From positions 32,001 to 96,000 of the forward strand of contig CAVUWV010000024.1 in NCBI GenBank assembly GCA_963745075.1: a DNA stretch of 64,000 nucleotides. Direction: 5' to 3'. This stretch comes from Candidatus Hydrogenedentota bacterium (lineage in GTDB: Bacteria > Hydrogenedentota > Hydrogenedentia > Hydrogenedentales > SLHB01). Below the pieces are notes generated by a model. The model saw nothing but the letters and a program-made list of their open reading frames with translations, ran no database searches and had not been told where the DNA came from. This document shows, piece by piece, positions 31,517 to 42,483 of this stretch; the stretch's first letter is position 1, and every line of letters begins with the position of its first letter. Made by a program: the position numbers and the translations under genes.

Positions 31517-34008
31517 ATGAGCAAGGGTAAACTGGTCACGATTCTGCTTGCCTGTACCACGTGCGCCATCCTCGCGATGGCGCAACCTCCCGGAGCCAAA
31601 AAGTCCGCGCGCGTAGGGGACATTCTCTGGGTGTGGGGTAACCCGGAAATGGCGAGCCCCGGACCGCACACCGCGTTTACATTTGCAGAAGCATCGCCTT
31701 TGGAGCGCGCGCGTCTGTTAGGCGTTCCAAACGTCATTATGGCGGGCCTCGGCCTGCCCGATGACGACGAAGCAGCCGCCAGGCTGGCGCAGGAAGTTTC
31801 CCGGGCACCGAGGCTCGTGTGGGAGATCGCGCCCGATGCGAACGAAGGCGCCGCCGCGTTTACGTTCGACCAGACCGTTGCACGCGTGAAGCGGTTGGTG
31901 GCGCAGCAACCGCAGATCGAAGGTGTCTTGCTTGATGACATGACCAGTGTGTCCATCGACAAGGGCTTCGAGCCGGCGCACATTCTACGTCTACGGGAAC
32001 TTCTGGGCGGTGCCAACAATCCCCTGAAAGTCTGGGGCGTCGTCTACACGATGAATCTGGACCGCGAGAACATCGACGCCTATCTCACCGAGCTGGACGT
32101 GATCAACCTTTGGACTTGGCACGCCAAAGACATCCCGCAGATTCGGGAACACGTTACGGACGCCCACCAGCGATTTCCCGAAAAGCCCATCGTTCTCGGT
32201 TTGTATCTTTATGACTACGGCGACAATCGCCGGATGCCACTCGATTTGCTTGCAGAACAGTGCGATGCTGCGCTCGAACTGGCCCGTTCCGGCAAGATTC
32301 AAGGCATCGTGTTCTTAACGATCACCGACGATCCGGCTACGGTAGGTTGGGCAGCGGATTGGGTTGAAACGTCAAGAATACGCCGCTTGGGACGGGTCAA
32401 CCGTCTGAGCCGCCAAAGGAAACCGCCGTGCGCCTGGATGACGGCTCCAACTGGCGGTTCCTGGGTGGGGATTGGTCCCAGGATGCGGAGGGTGTCATTC
32501 GTCCGGCCAACGTGCGGAACCTGCATAGTCGCGCATTCAACCTCGACCATGCCTACGGCGATTTCACTGCCGAATTCGAATTCAACGGCGACTACCGCGA
32601 AACCGGCACGGGAAGCGCTGGAATCATTCTTCGGGCGCAAGACGCCAACCATTTCTACTTCGTCTACTTCCCCTGGGGCGGGCAGCAACTGCGCGCCAAA
32701 CATTTCTGGGCGGCGATCGCAAAAGTCGACGGCGACGGGTATATCCGCCATCTCGCTGCCGAATGGGTGCCGGGACTGCCGAGCGAAACGGACCGGTGGT
32801 ACCAGGTGAAGGTGGAAGCAGAAGGACCCCACATCCGCGTATGGGTGGATGGATTTCGATCTATGGAAGTCACCGATGACACCTACGCAGCGGGCCGGAT
32901 CGGTTTGGCCGGGTACGGGTGGTACGCCTTTCGCAACGTTCGCATTCAGGGTGCCGAGGTTGAATCCACCGAGTGGATCGAGACCGGCCCGATTCCGCAG
33001 CACACGTTTACCGTCGGCTTGTCGAGCGACCAGATGCCCAGCGGGTGCATCGCACCCAATGGCGACGTGATTCTCGCCGCGGGGAATGTCCTGGTCCGCT
33101 CGACGGACCATGGCCGCACGTGGGATACGCCGGAGACCCTGCCGGATACACTCGGTACCGTCACGGACTACGGGAATGGGATGTTTGCGTCCGGCGACCG
33201 GCTCTTCGTGATGATCTACAACGCGCAGGAGTCCGTGGGTAAACCCGTGCCGGATATCTCATTGTCCGAATCCATCGACAATGGGACGACCTGGTCCGAT
33301 CCGGTCCCGGCGGAGGTCGCGGGCGAATGGCCGTCGTATCCCAAGAATCTTGTGCCTTACGGACCGTTGACGGAGAATTCGGACGGGGTGTGGATGCGCT
33401 TCCTGCTCGGCGGCGTTAAGCTCGAAAACGATCCGTTCACGGATGTTCGCACCTGGGGCGCGATTCACGCCAAGGCGTTCGTCATTCGCAGCACGGATAA
33501 GGGCGAGAGCTGGTCGGCGCCTATCGAACTGGACCGTCCCTCATGGGTAGGGGTCGAGCGGGGGACCATTCCGGGGTCGCTTGATTTCACTGAGCCGACC
33601 GCCGTCGTGATGGGCGACACCGTGACGGCGCTGATTCGCCCCGTCTACAGCCCGTACATGTGGCAATGCTGGTCCTACGACGGCGGCGCTACGTGGGATG
33701 CAGCGAGGCGCGCCACATTTCCCGGCTATGCGCAGTCCATGGTCCGTACGAGTTCCGGCGCGATTCTTTGCGCGCACCGCTATCCGCATTACGCAGTCAA
33801 TGTCAGTCGTGACCGCGGATTGCATTGGGACGCGGGGACGGTCATTGACTACCCAGTATGGGCGATGGGATGCCTTCTCGAGGTCGAACCGGATATCGTG
33901 TTGTCGACGTACATGAACGCGGAGCGTAGCCAACCCCTCCTCGCTCAACTCATCGCCGTGACGCCGACGGGAATCCGACCGGTCGTGCGGAACAATTCTC
34001 AGCCCTGA
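31517..34008 (+). CDS. Multidomain secreted protein (putative TIM-barrel-like, DUF1080/ConA-like and BNR sialidase-like domains); frameshift near 32370
   Basis: Signal peptide; GVLLDD, VINLWTW; YGDFTAEFEF..AGIILRAQDANHFY..GRIGL; five Asp-boxes (STDHGRTW, SIDNGTTW, STDKGESW, SYDGGATW, SRDRGLHW). Confidence 0.7.
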
Positions 34009-34265
34009 TCGCCCGGAACCGGCAAGGGATCGCCGGTCATAAGGCCAAGCGACGTGCGGAACCGGTTGGCCAAGGGCAAGGTTTCTTCGCGGTATGGGGA
34101 CTTGTTGAAGAAGCCACGATTCTGATCCGGAATCACGTGCAGCATCGCCCGGTTTCCCCGTCGCGTCAAATAACCGGATGTTGTTTCAGTCGCGCCATCG
34201 GTAGCATTGTAGTGGCCGCGAGCGAACGTAGGACGATTTCGGGGCGCCAGAAGGGAGATGGCTTC

Positions 34266-35243
34266 ATGAACGGCGAGAATCCAATCGGACGACGGATTTT
34301 TCTGGGGAGCGCCTGTGCTGCCGCCGCGTCAACACTGCTGCCGTCCGGTGTTGAAGCGGCGGAGGAGGGCGCGTCCAACATCCCGCCTATCCCGATTGTG
34401 GATACGCACGTACACTTCTGGGATTCCAAACACCTCCGTTACCCGTGGCTTGACAAGTCCGAACTGCTCAACCGCCCGTACCTTCCCGCAGACTATACCC
34501 AGTCGATTGAGGGCGTGAACGTCGAACGGATCGTATTCGTGCAAGCCGCGTGTATCCCCGAACAGGCGCTCGTCGAAGTCGACTGGGTCACGGAACTGGC
34601 GAAGGACGATTCGCGCATTCAAGGGATCGTGGGATCGGCGCCCTTGGAGTTGGGCGACGCCGTGTTGCCCATTCTGCAATTCATGGCGAAGAACCCCCTC
34701 GTTAAAGGCATCCGGCGGTACGTCGCGGGAGAAACGGATATCGAGTTTATTCTGCAACCCGGCTTCGTGCGCGGCGTACTCCATCTTGCGTCGGTGGGAT
34801 TCACCTGCGACTTGGGAGTTCGCCGCGAGCAGCTCCCTGCCGCTACCGAGTTGGCGCGACGATGCCCCGGCGTGCGATTCATGCTCAACCACATCGGCGT
34901 ACCGGACATCAAGAATCACCAACTCGATCCGTGGCGCGAACACCTCCGTACGATGGCCGCGTTGCCCAACGTCTCCTGCAAGCTTTCCGGCGTAGCAACC
35001 GCCGCCGACCATGATAACTGGACCCCGGAGGATCTCAGGCCCGCCATCGATCACGTCATTGATTGCTTTGGATTCGACCGGACCGCCTTCGGCAGCGATT
35101 GGCCCGTCATGCTTCAGGCCACGACCTATCCCCGCTGGATAGAGACCGTTGGGCAATTGACCCGCGGTTGCTCGGAGCGTGAACTACGTCTATTGTTCCG
35201 CGGCACTGCAGAGCGAGTCTACGATTTGAATGTTCGCGGCTGA
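34266..35243 (+). CDS. Amidohydrolase family 2 (L-fuconolactonase-like) with a Tat signal
   Basis: GRRIFLG, VDTHVHFWD, YPWL, LNHIGVP, CKLSG, FGSDWPV. Confidence 0.88.
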   Translation: MNGENPIGRRIFLGSACAAAASTLLPSGVEAAEEGASNIPPIPIVDTHVHFWDSKHLRYPWLDKSELLNRPYLPADYTQSIEGVNVERIVFVQAACIPEQALVEVDWVTELAKDDSRIQGIVGSAPLELGDAVLPILQFMAKNPLVKGIRRYVAGETDIEFILQPGFVRGVLHLASVGFTCDLGVRREQLPAATELARRCPGVRFMLNHIGVPDIKNHQLDPWREHLRTMAALPNVSCKLSGVATAADHDNWTPEDLRPAIDHVIDCFGFDRTAFGSDWPVMLQATTYPRWIETVGQLTRGCSERELRLLFRGTAERVYDLNVRG

Positions 35244-35377
35244 GCTGTTTTGGGTATGGCATCGGTCTTCTTGGTTTCGAAACGGCTAGTGCTATCCGAT
35301 TCCGGCCCGAAGTCACGACCGCGCCACCGTAGTGGTGGGCATCCGCAAAAAAAAACAGATTCCGCCAGAGTCACAAA

Positions 35378-35454
<77 letters not shown>

Positions 35455-35467
35455 AAATGAAGGCGAC

Positions 35468-35496
35468 AGTTTAGCATAGTGGGTTGGTCGGCGCAA
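35468..35496 (-). promoter_or_regulatory. Promoter of tRNA-Pro
   Basis: TTGCGC-N17-TAAACT with a TG extension. Confidence 0.55.
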
Positions 35497-35763
35497 ACTC
35501 GATGTCGCTTGGTGCGTACGCGAAACGGCCGTAACACGGCAAAACGGCAGACCGTATTGCTCGGGTGGTTATCCGGGTAGCTGGTTCGCAATGATGCGGA
35601 GGCTGCCGGCCAATAGCCGTGACTCGTCATTATCTGCCTCTTCGTCTGTTAGCGGTTTGCCTTCCTGGGGCTAGGGTGACTACAATTCCACTCCGCTTCG
35701 CAAGGGTATCGGGGTGGAGTCACGAGACAGCAAAACGCACGAAATGAGGGGAGAATAACTTTC

Positions 35764-36822
35764 ATGGCAGGGAAATTCAGGGCGGCGATGATTGGCTGTG
35801 GCGCGATTGCAGAGCGGCTTCACGTGCCCGACTATGCGGTGTGCCCGGAAGCGGAGTTGGTCGCACTGTGTGACGTGGCTGCGGGAAAGGCCGAGGCCTT
35901 GGCCCAACGCTACGCTCCGGAAGCGCGCGTCTATACCGACTACAAGAAAATGTTGAAAAACGAGCAGCTCGACGGGGTCACGATCGCGCTGGCGAACACG
36001 CTCCATGCGCCCGTAACGTTGGATGCGCTGAAAGCCGGGTGTCACGTGTTTATCGAAAAGCCGATGGCGGCGAGTTCGGCGGAAGCGCAACGGATGATCG
36101 ATGCCGCGAAGAAGGCGCGCAAATTGCTCATGGTCAACCAGACCCAGCGCCGCTTGGGCGTTCATCGCAAGGCGCGGGAAATCGTCGAGAGCGGCGTGCT
36201 CGGGAAAATCCTTCACGTCACCGGCATGTTCGGTCACGAAGGTCCCGACCACTGGAGCGCGGAAAGCAAGTGGTTTTTCCAGAAGGACAAGGCCCGGTTC
36301 GGCGCCATGGCCGACCTCGGCATTCACAAGGCCGATGTCATTCGATACATCACTGGCAAGGAAATCGGCGAGATCTCCGCGTTTACGGCGATCCTGGAGA
36401 AGACGTGGGGTGATGTCGAAGACAACTTCGTCTCGTGCTTCAAATTCACCGATGGCACCGTGGGAACGCTCTGTTCGTCTTGGACCATCAAGGGTATGGA
36501 TGCCAGTTATACGATCCTTCATTGCAGCAATGGTACGCTCCAAGTGGCGCTCCAGGAGGAGAAACCACTGGTTGCGCGTCTCATGAATCCGGAGTGCGAA
36601 ATCGTTTTCGACGTCCCGGCGCCATTGAACGATTATCCCGGTTCCTGGGGTTGCGACGTAAGCGGCGGTTTTGTGCGCGCGGCGATGGGGCTTGAGCCCC
36701 CATTCTGCACGGGCGAAGAAGGCAAGAAATCACTGGAAATCATCCTTGCCGGAGAGAAAGCCGCCCAAACGGGGCGTACCGTCAAATTGAATCACTCAAA
36801 AGTGAAGAGACGCATCGCCTAG
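35764..36822 (+). CDS. Cytoplasmic Gfo/Idh/MocA oxidoreductase
   Basis: IGCGAIA, HVFIEKPMA, GAMADLGIH. No signal peptide. Confidence 0.9.
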   Translation: MAGKFRAAMIGCGAIAERLHVPDYAVCPEAELVALCDVAAGKAEALAQRYAPEARVYTDYKKMLKNEQLDGVTIALANTLHAPVTLDALKAGCHVFIEKPMAASSAEAQRMIDAAKKARKLLMVNQTQRRLGVHRKAREIVESGVLGKILHVTGMFGHEGPDHWSAESKWFFQKDKARFGAMADLGIHKADVIRYITGKEIGEISAFTAILEKTWGDVEDNFVSCFKFTDGTVGTLCSSWTIKGMDASYTILHCSNGTLQVALQEEKPLVARLMNPECEIVFDVPAPLNDYPGSWGCDVSGGFVRAAMGLEPPFCTGEEGKKSLEIILAGEKAAQTGRTVKLNHSKVKRRIA

Positions 36823-36848
36823 CGATCGGCGCTCGGAGACTGAATACT

Positions 36849-37935
36849 ATGGAACATTTAACCGTCAGGTTGGGTAATCGATCGTACCCGATCTATCTAG
36901 GTGAAGGGGCCCTCAGCGCCTTGCCCCGCGTGCTATCGGATTTGAGCGCGTACGGAACCGTTGCTATTGTCACAGACACGAATGTGGCGCCCTTGTACGC
37001 TGACAAGATTGCGGACTTGGTTCAGCAGTCGGATATATCGGCAAAGGTCTGTACCATTCCTGCCGGCGAAGAACATAAACGCATCGAACAGATCGACTAC
37101 TTGTGCGGGGAATTCCTGGCCGCGGGCCTCGATCGGTCGAGCGTTGTCGTAGCGCTGGGGGGGGGCGTGGTAGGCGATGTGACCGGCTACGCGGCGGCGT
37201 CCTACATGCGCGGCGTCCGGCACGTGCAGGTACCGACCACGATTGTGGCGCAGGTGGACAGCAGCGTAGGCGGGAAGACGGGTGTGAATCATGCGCGCGC
37301 CAAAAACATCATCGGCGCGTTCCATCAGCCTTCGGCGGTGGTGGTCGATCTGCGTCTTGCTCAAGACGCTGCCGGAACGGGAACTGCGCGCTGGCCTCGC
37401 CGAGGTCATAAAGCACGGCGTGATTGCGGATGAAATCCTCTTTACGTATCTGGAAGAACAAGTGGAATCCATCCTTGCGGGTGCCTTACACGCCCTTCAG
37501 TATCCGATTAAGCGATCCTGCGAAATTAAGTCGACCATCGTGGCCGCTGACGAGCGGGAACATGGGCTCCGTGCGAATCTGAACTACGGACATACCTTCG
37601 GTCACGGGATCGAGGCCGCTTCGGACTACACGAAGTTTCTCCATGGGGAAGCAGTCGCCTTGGGTATGGTTGCCGCGGGTGCGCTTGCGAAAGATCTTGG
37701 TTTGGTGGGCGACGCCTTTGTGGACCGTCAACGCGCATGCATCGCCTCCTACGGACTTCCGGTGTCATGGCCGGACATCCCCGTGGATCGCGTACTCGAT
37801 GCCATGCGGCATGATAAGAAGGTTCGCGCGGGCGCCATGAAGTTTGTCGTTGCGGACGAGATCGGCCATGTCGTGCAACGGACGGAAGTGACGACCGGCC
37901 AGGCGCGAGCTGCACTCGAAACCTTACGCGGATAA
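36849..37935 (+). CDS. aroB: 3-dehydroquinate synthase; frameshift near 37355
   Basis: ALGGGVVGD, QVPTT..QVDSSVGGKTGVN, KNIIGAFHQP. In the shifted frame: LKTLPERE..GLAEVIK, LNYGHTFGH, LHGEAV. Confidence 0.93.
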
Positions 37936-37965
37936 GCCCGCACCGAAACGGGAAGGAGTAAGCCG

Positions 37966-38799
37966 ATGGCCTTTGGCGGTGACAACGCAGAGAGCTATTA
38001 CGACGAAGGTCTGACCGCTGCCATGAAGGGCGACATGATGCGCGCGATCCAATGCTTTGACAAGGCGATCCGGATGGACAACACGTTTTCGGCCGCCTAC
38101 CATCAGCTCGGCAAAGCGTATTTACGAATCGGACGCGCTGAACAGGCCGTAGATTTGCTCCAGCAAGTGACCAACCGGCGTCCCGATCAGATTCCGCCCC
38201 GGCTGGATCTCGGCTATGCGTATTTGAGCTTGAACCGTATTGGGGAAGCGCGCCAGCAATTCGAACAAATTTTGGCGGCGGAGCCGTTGAATCCGCGCGC
38301 CCAATTGGGGCTGGCGCATGTCAACTTCGACGAGGCAAACTGGGACGCGGCGATGGAACAGGCGCGCGCCGCCCTTGCGAGCGGCGGCAAGAACTTTTCC
38401 GCCTTGTTTCTCCTGGGACGCGCCGCCAAGTTGGCCGGCGATACCCAACTGGCGCAGGATACCTTGGAATCGGCGGACAAATTGCTCAAGAAATCCATCG
38501 AATTGAACCCCGATCAACCGGAGGGGCATTTCCTTCGTGGCGAAGTGTGTTTCGCGCGCGAGCAATTCTCGACCGCCCTCGAGAATTACCGCGCTGCCGA
38601 CGACCGCACGGATGGCAAGAATCCGGATCGCCTGTATTCGGCGTTCGGCGAGAATTTTACGCAGTTGGACATCCTGGCAAAAATGGGGTTCTGTTACCAG
38701 CGGTTGGGCAAGAGCGATCGCGCCCGCGAGTTGGGGGAACAGATCCTGAAACGGGATCCGAATCACAAGATCGGGCAGTCTTTGGTGAGTGCCGACTGA
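37966..38799 (+). CDS. Tetratricopeptide repeat protein
   Basis: Repeated AYHQLGKAY / LGYAY / LLGRA TPR patterns. Confidence 0.85.
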   Translation: MAFGGDNAESYYDEGLTAAMKGDMMRAIQCFDKAIRMDNTFSAAYHQLGKAYLRIGRAEQAVDLLQQVTNRRPDQIPPRLDLGYAYLSLNRIGEARQQFEQILAAEPLNPRAQLGLAHVNFDEANWDAAMEQARAALASGGKNFSALFLLGRAAKLAGDTQLAQDTLESADKLLKKSIELNPDQPEGHFLRGEVCFAREQFSTALENYRAADDRTDGKNPDRLYSAFGENFTQLDILAKMGFCYQRLGKSDRARELGEQILKRDPNHKIGQSLVSAD

Positions 38800-38831
38800 C
38801 CTATCGGCGCGGCTGATTCGAAACGGAGCGG

Positions 38832-39479
38832 GTGAAACGATCGATGGGCGAAGTCAACGTCCAGCTAGTGCGCGAGTTCTTCGAACTGAACATGTTTCAG
38901 GTCATGACGAACTGGCAGCAGGGAACACGCTTCCGCGCGGGAGAACACAGCGGTCAGTTGTTCGTCCAGAACACCGTTCCCGGAATGCCGCGCGATTTAC
39001 CGTTCTTGCTGAATCCGGCAGATGTGGCCGCGATCGAGCGTGCCGTCATCGAGGTTCGCGCGTGGCACGGCGACCGCTTCTATCCATCGGTTATCGAGGC
39101 GAATCCCGTTCTGTATCAGTTCGCTTCGAGCGATTCATTGTCGCTCGCCGCCGAAGTCTTCGGTGGTTTGCCCTTTACAACTATTCTCATCGTTTCGGAG
39201 CTTCCTGCGGGAATCGAACATCGGTCGCGTTCCCTCGGCCTGTTGCAGGAATCGGGGATCGGGCATGTTGTGGAGTTTCCCAGCGTCCTGCGCGAACTCG
39301 TGTTGAAGGTCGACGAAGGCGGTCATTATCCTGCTTCACAAACGCTGCAAACGCTGCGCCTGTTGAAGCGATATCGGCTCGTGCGAAATCAACAGATGGA
39401 ATTCGCCTTTGCGGCGGAGGCGCCCATACCCGAAACGCCTCCGCGGATTGATACGACGGAAGTTCCTGACGAAGAGTAG
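38832..39479 (+). CDS. Hypothetical protein, possible degenerate PD-(D/E)XK fold
   Basis: Operonic ORF with RBS GGAG; VREFFELNMF, AVIEVRAWH, C-terminal QQMEF. Confidence 0.7.
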   Translation: MKRSMGEVNVQLVREFFELNMFQVMTNWQQGTRFRAGEHSGQLFVQNTVPGMPRDLPFLLNPADVAAIERAVIEVRAWHGDRFYPSVIEANPVLYQFASSDSLSLAAEVFGGLPFTTILIVSELPAGIEHRSRSLGLLQESGIGHVVEFPSVLRELVLKVDEGGHYPASQTLQTLRLLKRYRLVRNQQMEFAFAAEAPIPETPPRIDTTEVPDEE

Positions 39480-39499
39480 CCGGTGAAAGGGAGGCGCGT

Positions 39500-40081
39500 A
39501 TGTCCGATCCGCGATACCAGCAAACGCAGTACATGATCCGCCGAAAGGTCTTTAAGTTGGTAGGAGCCGCATTTCATATTTACGACCCGGCGGGCAACGT
39601 CTTGTTCTACTCCAAGCTCAAGGCGTTCAAGCTCAAGGAAGACATTCGGCTGTACGCCGGCGAGGATATGTCCGCGGAACTGCTTTGCATCAAAGCGCGG
39701 AATATTATCGATTTCAGCGCCGCATACGACGTCGTCGACGCCCAAACCGGCGAACGCGTTGGCGCGTTGAAGCGCAAGGGATTCCGGTCCATGCTGCGCG
39801 ACGAGTGGATTATCATGAACGCGGCGGACCAGGAGATTGGAACGCTTCAGGAAGATAGCATGGCCATGGCGCTGCTTCGCCGATTCCTTACGAATCTCAT
39901 TCCCCAGTCCTTTACGGGCACGGTCAATGGGGTCCCTGTTTTCAATTTTCACCGGCATTTCAATCCCTTTGTGCTCCGGATGGATATGGACTTCTCGCCC
40001 GATACCCAGGGCCTACTGGACCGTCGGTTGGGTCTTGCCGCAGGTGTGTTGGTGTCTGCGATAGAGGGCCGGCAGGAATAA
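39500..40081 (+). CDS. LURP-one/scramblase-like protein
   Basis: YMIRRKVF, FHIYD, KAFKLKEDI, IIDFSAAYDV, GALKRKG, LDRRL. Confidence 0.75.
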   Translation: MSDPRYQQTQYMIRRKVFKLVGAAFHIYDPAGNVLFYSKLKAFKLKEDIRLYAGEDMSAELLCIKARNIIDFSAAYDVVDAQTGERVGALKRKGFRSMLRDEWIIMNAADQEIGTLQEDSMAMALLRRFLTNLIPQSFTGTVNGVPVFNFHRHFNPFVLRMDMDFSPDTQGLLDRRLGLAAGVLVSAIEGRQE

Positions 40082-40216
40082 GGTTCTTCGGAACCGGGTT
40101 ACCTTGAGGATCGAGCTTCTCGTGTGCGTCGGGCAGGAAGCCGTCAACCAGCCCCGGATGTATTGCCAATTCACGCGCGGCATATAACCGCCAATACGAC
40201 GATGACAGGTAGTGCC

Positions 40217-41485
40217 ATGAAGAAACGTGTTTTGTTCCGCCGGTTCGGCTACACGCTGCTCGCGCTCGTGGCCGCATATTTTGCCCTTCGTGAACTCAAG
40301 CATCAGGCCGTGGACTGGTACGCCCAGCGCTACTACGTGCGTACCGCCGCCTTCCCCGGGACGGTCCAGCCGGACCAGATCTGCTTGACCTGGTCCCAGG
40401 ATCCGCGCACGACGCAGACGGTTCAATGGCGGACGGCGCCCTCGGTTGAAGAAGGCGTCGTGCAGTATCGTATCGGAGATGGGGACGCGGCGGCCGTCCA
40501 GAAAGTGGATGCCATTCACACCGACGTGGAAGATGCCCTGCTGAAAAACGACCCGATCAACAGCCGGTTTTCGGCGACGATCGAAGGTCTGGAACCGTCA
40601 ACAACCTATTCCTATCGCGTCGGGAGTCCCGCCAACGACACATGGAGCGACTGGGCTGATTTCACCACCGCTCCCGACGGCACGAAACCTTTCTCCTTCA
40701 TCTATCTTGGCGACGCCCAACGCGGTCTCGGGGCGTGGGGGTCGCTCATGGACAAGGCCTATGCCGCGCATCCGGAGGCGGCCTTCTACGTCATCGCGGG
40801 CGATCTGGTCAACGACGGCGGCTGGCGCAACGAGTGGGATCACTTCTTTCGCGCGGGGCAACAAATCTTCAGCCATCGTCCGCTCGTGCCGGCAATCGGA
40901 AACCACGATTACGACTACGACGAGGTTCCGCGGTTATATCAAGAGCTGTTGACCTTACCCGAGAATGGCCCCGAGAGTATTCCGTCAGAGCGAAGCTATT
41001 CTTTTGAGTACAGCAACGCCCTGTTTATCGTGTTGGATTCCAATCAGTCGGCACGGGATCAGGCGGAATGGCTGGAGGACGTACTGTCCAAATCGAATGC
41101 AACGTGGAAGTTCGCCGTCTACCACCACCCCGCATATTCCTCCGCACCCCACCGGGACAACGCGGATGTGCGCAACATCTGGGGCGCGTTGTTCGACAAG
41201 TATCATCTCGATCTTGCGTTGCAGGGACACGACCACGCCTACCTGCGCACCTACCCCATGCGGGGCGGCGAACGCGTGGATTCACCGGCGGACGGGACCA
41301 TCTACATCGTGTCCGTTTCCGGCACCAAATTCTACGATCAAGCCGATCGCGACTATGCGGAAGTGGCCTTCCCGAACGTGATGACTTACCAGACCATCGA
41401 TATTGCGACGAATCCAGATCGTCTCTCCTATCACGCCTACGATGGAGACGGGAAAGTCCGGGATGAGTTTGTCATCGAGAAGTAG
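40217..41485 (+). CDS. Purple acid phosphatase-like metallophosphoesterase with an FN3 domain
   Basis: GLEPSTTYSYRVG, GDAQ, GDLV, GNHD, HHP, GHDH. Confidence 0.9.
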   Translation: MKKRVLFRRFGYTLLALVAAYFALRELKHQAVDWYAQRYYVRTAAFPGTVQPDQICLTWSQDPRTTQTVQWRTAPSVEEGVVQYRIGDGDAAAVQKVDAIHTDVEDALLKNDPINSRFSATIEGLEPSTTYSYRVGSPANDTWSDWADFTTAPDGTKPFSFIYLGDAQRGLGAWGSLMDKAYAAHPEAAFYVIAGDLVNDGGWRNEWDHFFRAGQQIFSHRPLVPAIGNHDYDYDEVPRLYQELLTLPENGPESIPSERSYSFEYSNALFIVLDSNQSARDQAEWLEDVLSKSNATWKFAVYHHPAYSSAPHRDNADVRNIWGALFDKYHLDLALQGHDHAYLRTYPMRGGERVDSPADGTIYIVSVSGTKFYDQADRDYAEVAFPNVMTYQTIDIATNPDRLSYHAYDGDGKVRDEFVIEK

Positions 41486-41506
41486 AGTCGCTTGATCCCC
41501 GCCCGG

Positions 41507-42463
41507 CTATACACGCGGCGCCAATAGCAGCCCACCTACCAGTACCACATCTTCGCCGAGCGCGCACGGCACGATTTCATATCGTTGCCGATAGGGTCCA
41601 AACACGATATCGTCCACGTGCTTCCGGATTGGGTCTAACAGAATATCGCCCATGAGACTGACGCCTCCGCCCAGTGCGATCCGCTCCGGATGGATCAGCG
41701 TAATGACGTTGGACAACGCAATGGCGACCGTTCTCGCTATTCGGTCGATTGCTCTGGTCGCAACGGTATCGCCTTCGCGTGCGGCATCCGCCAGTAAACC
41801 GCAGGTGATTCTCGACGGATCGTCATTCGCCAGCCGGGCCAGGGGCGTGCCGGGTTCGAGCGACGAAAGTGCGCGCAGACGTTTCTCGATGGACCATCCC
41901 GAACACAAATTCTCCAGCCTTTCCACCGCGCCAGGTGTGGACGCGGTAAAGTCCGGCACATAGGTGTGACCGATCTCCGCCGCGCCAAAGCCCTGTCCAT
42001 CATGAAGCCGCCCGTCGATCACAAAGGCGCCCCCAATGCCGCTACCGATGTTCATGTAACAGAAAGTTCCGGTGCCTTTCCCCGCGCCGCAGCAGTACTC
42101 CGCCCAACCCGCCGCGTTTGCGTCGTTCGCTACCACCGTCGGCATACCGAACCGATCTTCGAACCATTGCTTCAACGGAAAGCCTGACCATCCACCGACT
42201 TGATGGGATACCAAAGCCGTTCCCGCCAGGCTGTCCACCGGCCCGCCGAACCCGATGCCCATGCCGGATACCTTCCAACCCTCCGCTTGGGCTTGTGATT
42301 GCAGCCGGGGGACCGATTCCTCGAACCAGGTGAGAATGGATTCGGCTCCTGCTGCAGAATTAGCTGCACCCCGTTCCTTTTCTAAGATTTCCCCGTCGGC
42401 TCGGCCTAGGGCGGCTTGAAGCTTGGTGCCTCCGATTTCGATTGCCAGTACCGTGTTGCTCAT
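41507..42463 (-). CDS. ROK family sugar kinase
   Basis: IEIGGTK, GIGFGGPV, NDANAA..E...GAG, IGSGIGG, AEIGH. Confidence 0.9.
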   Translation of the reverse strand: MSNTVLAIEIGGTKLQAALGRADGEILEKERGAANSAAGAESILTWFEESVPRLQSQAQAEGWKVSGMGIGFGGPVDSLAGTALVSHQVGGWSGFPLKQWFEDRFGMPTVVANDANAAGWAEYCCGAGKGTGTFCYMNIGSGIGGAFVIDGRLHDGQGFGAAEIGHTYVPDFTASTPGAVERLENLCSGWSIEKRLRALSSLEPGTPLARLANDDPSRITCGLLADAAREGDTVATRAIDRIARTVAIALSNVITLIHPERIALGGGVSLMGDILLDPIRKHVDDIVFGPYRQRYEIVPCALGEDVVLVGGLLLAPRV

Positions 42464-42483
42464 GACAAGTCCAAGCCGGTTGG

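Noticed and set aside
36849..37935. aroB as a pseudogene or programmed frameshift
   Set aside because: All motifs are intact, there is no slippery heptamer at the site, and similar single insertions recur across the window.
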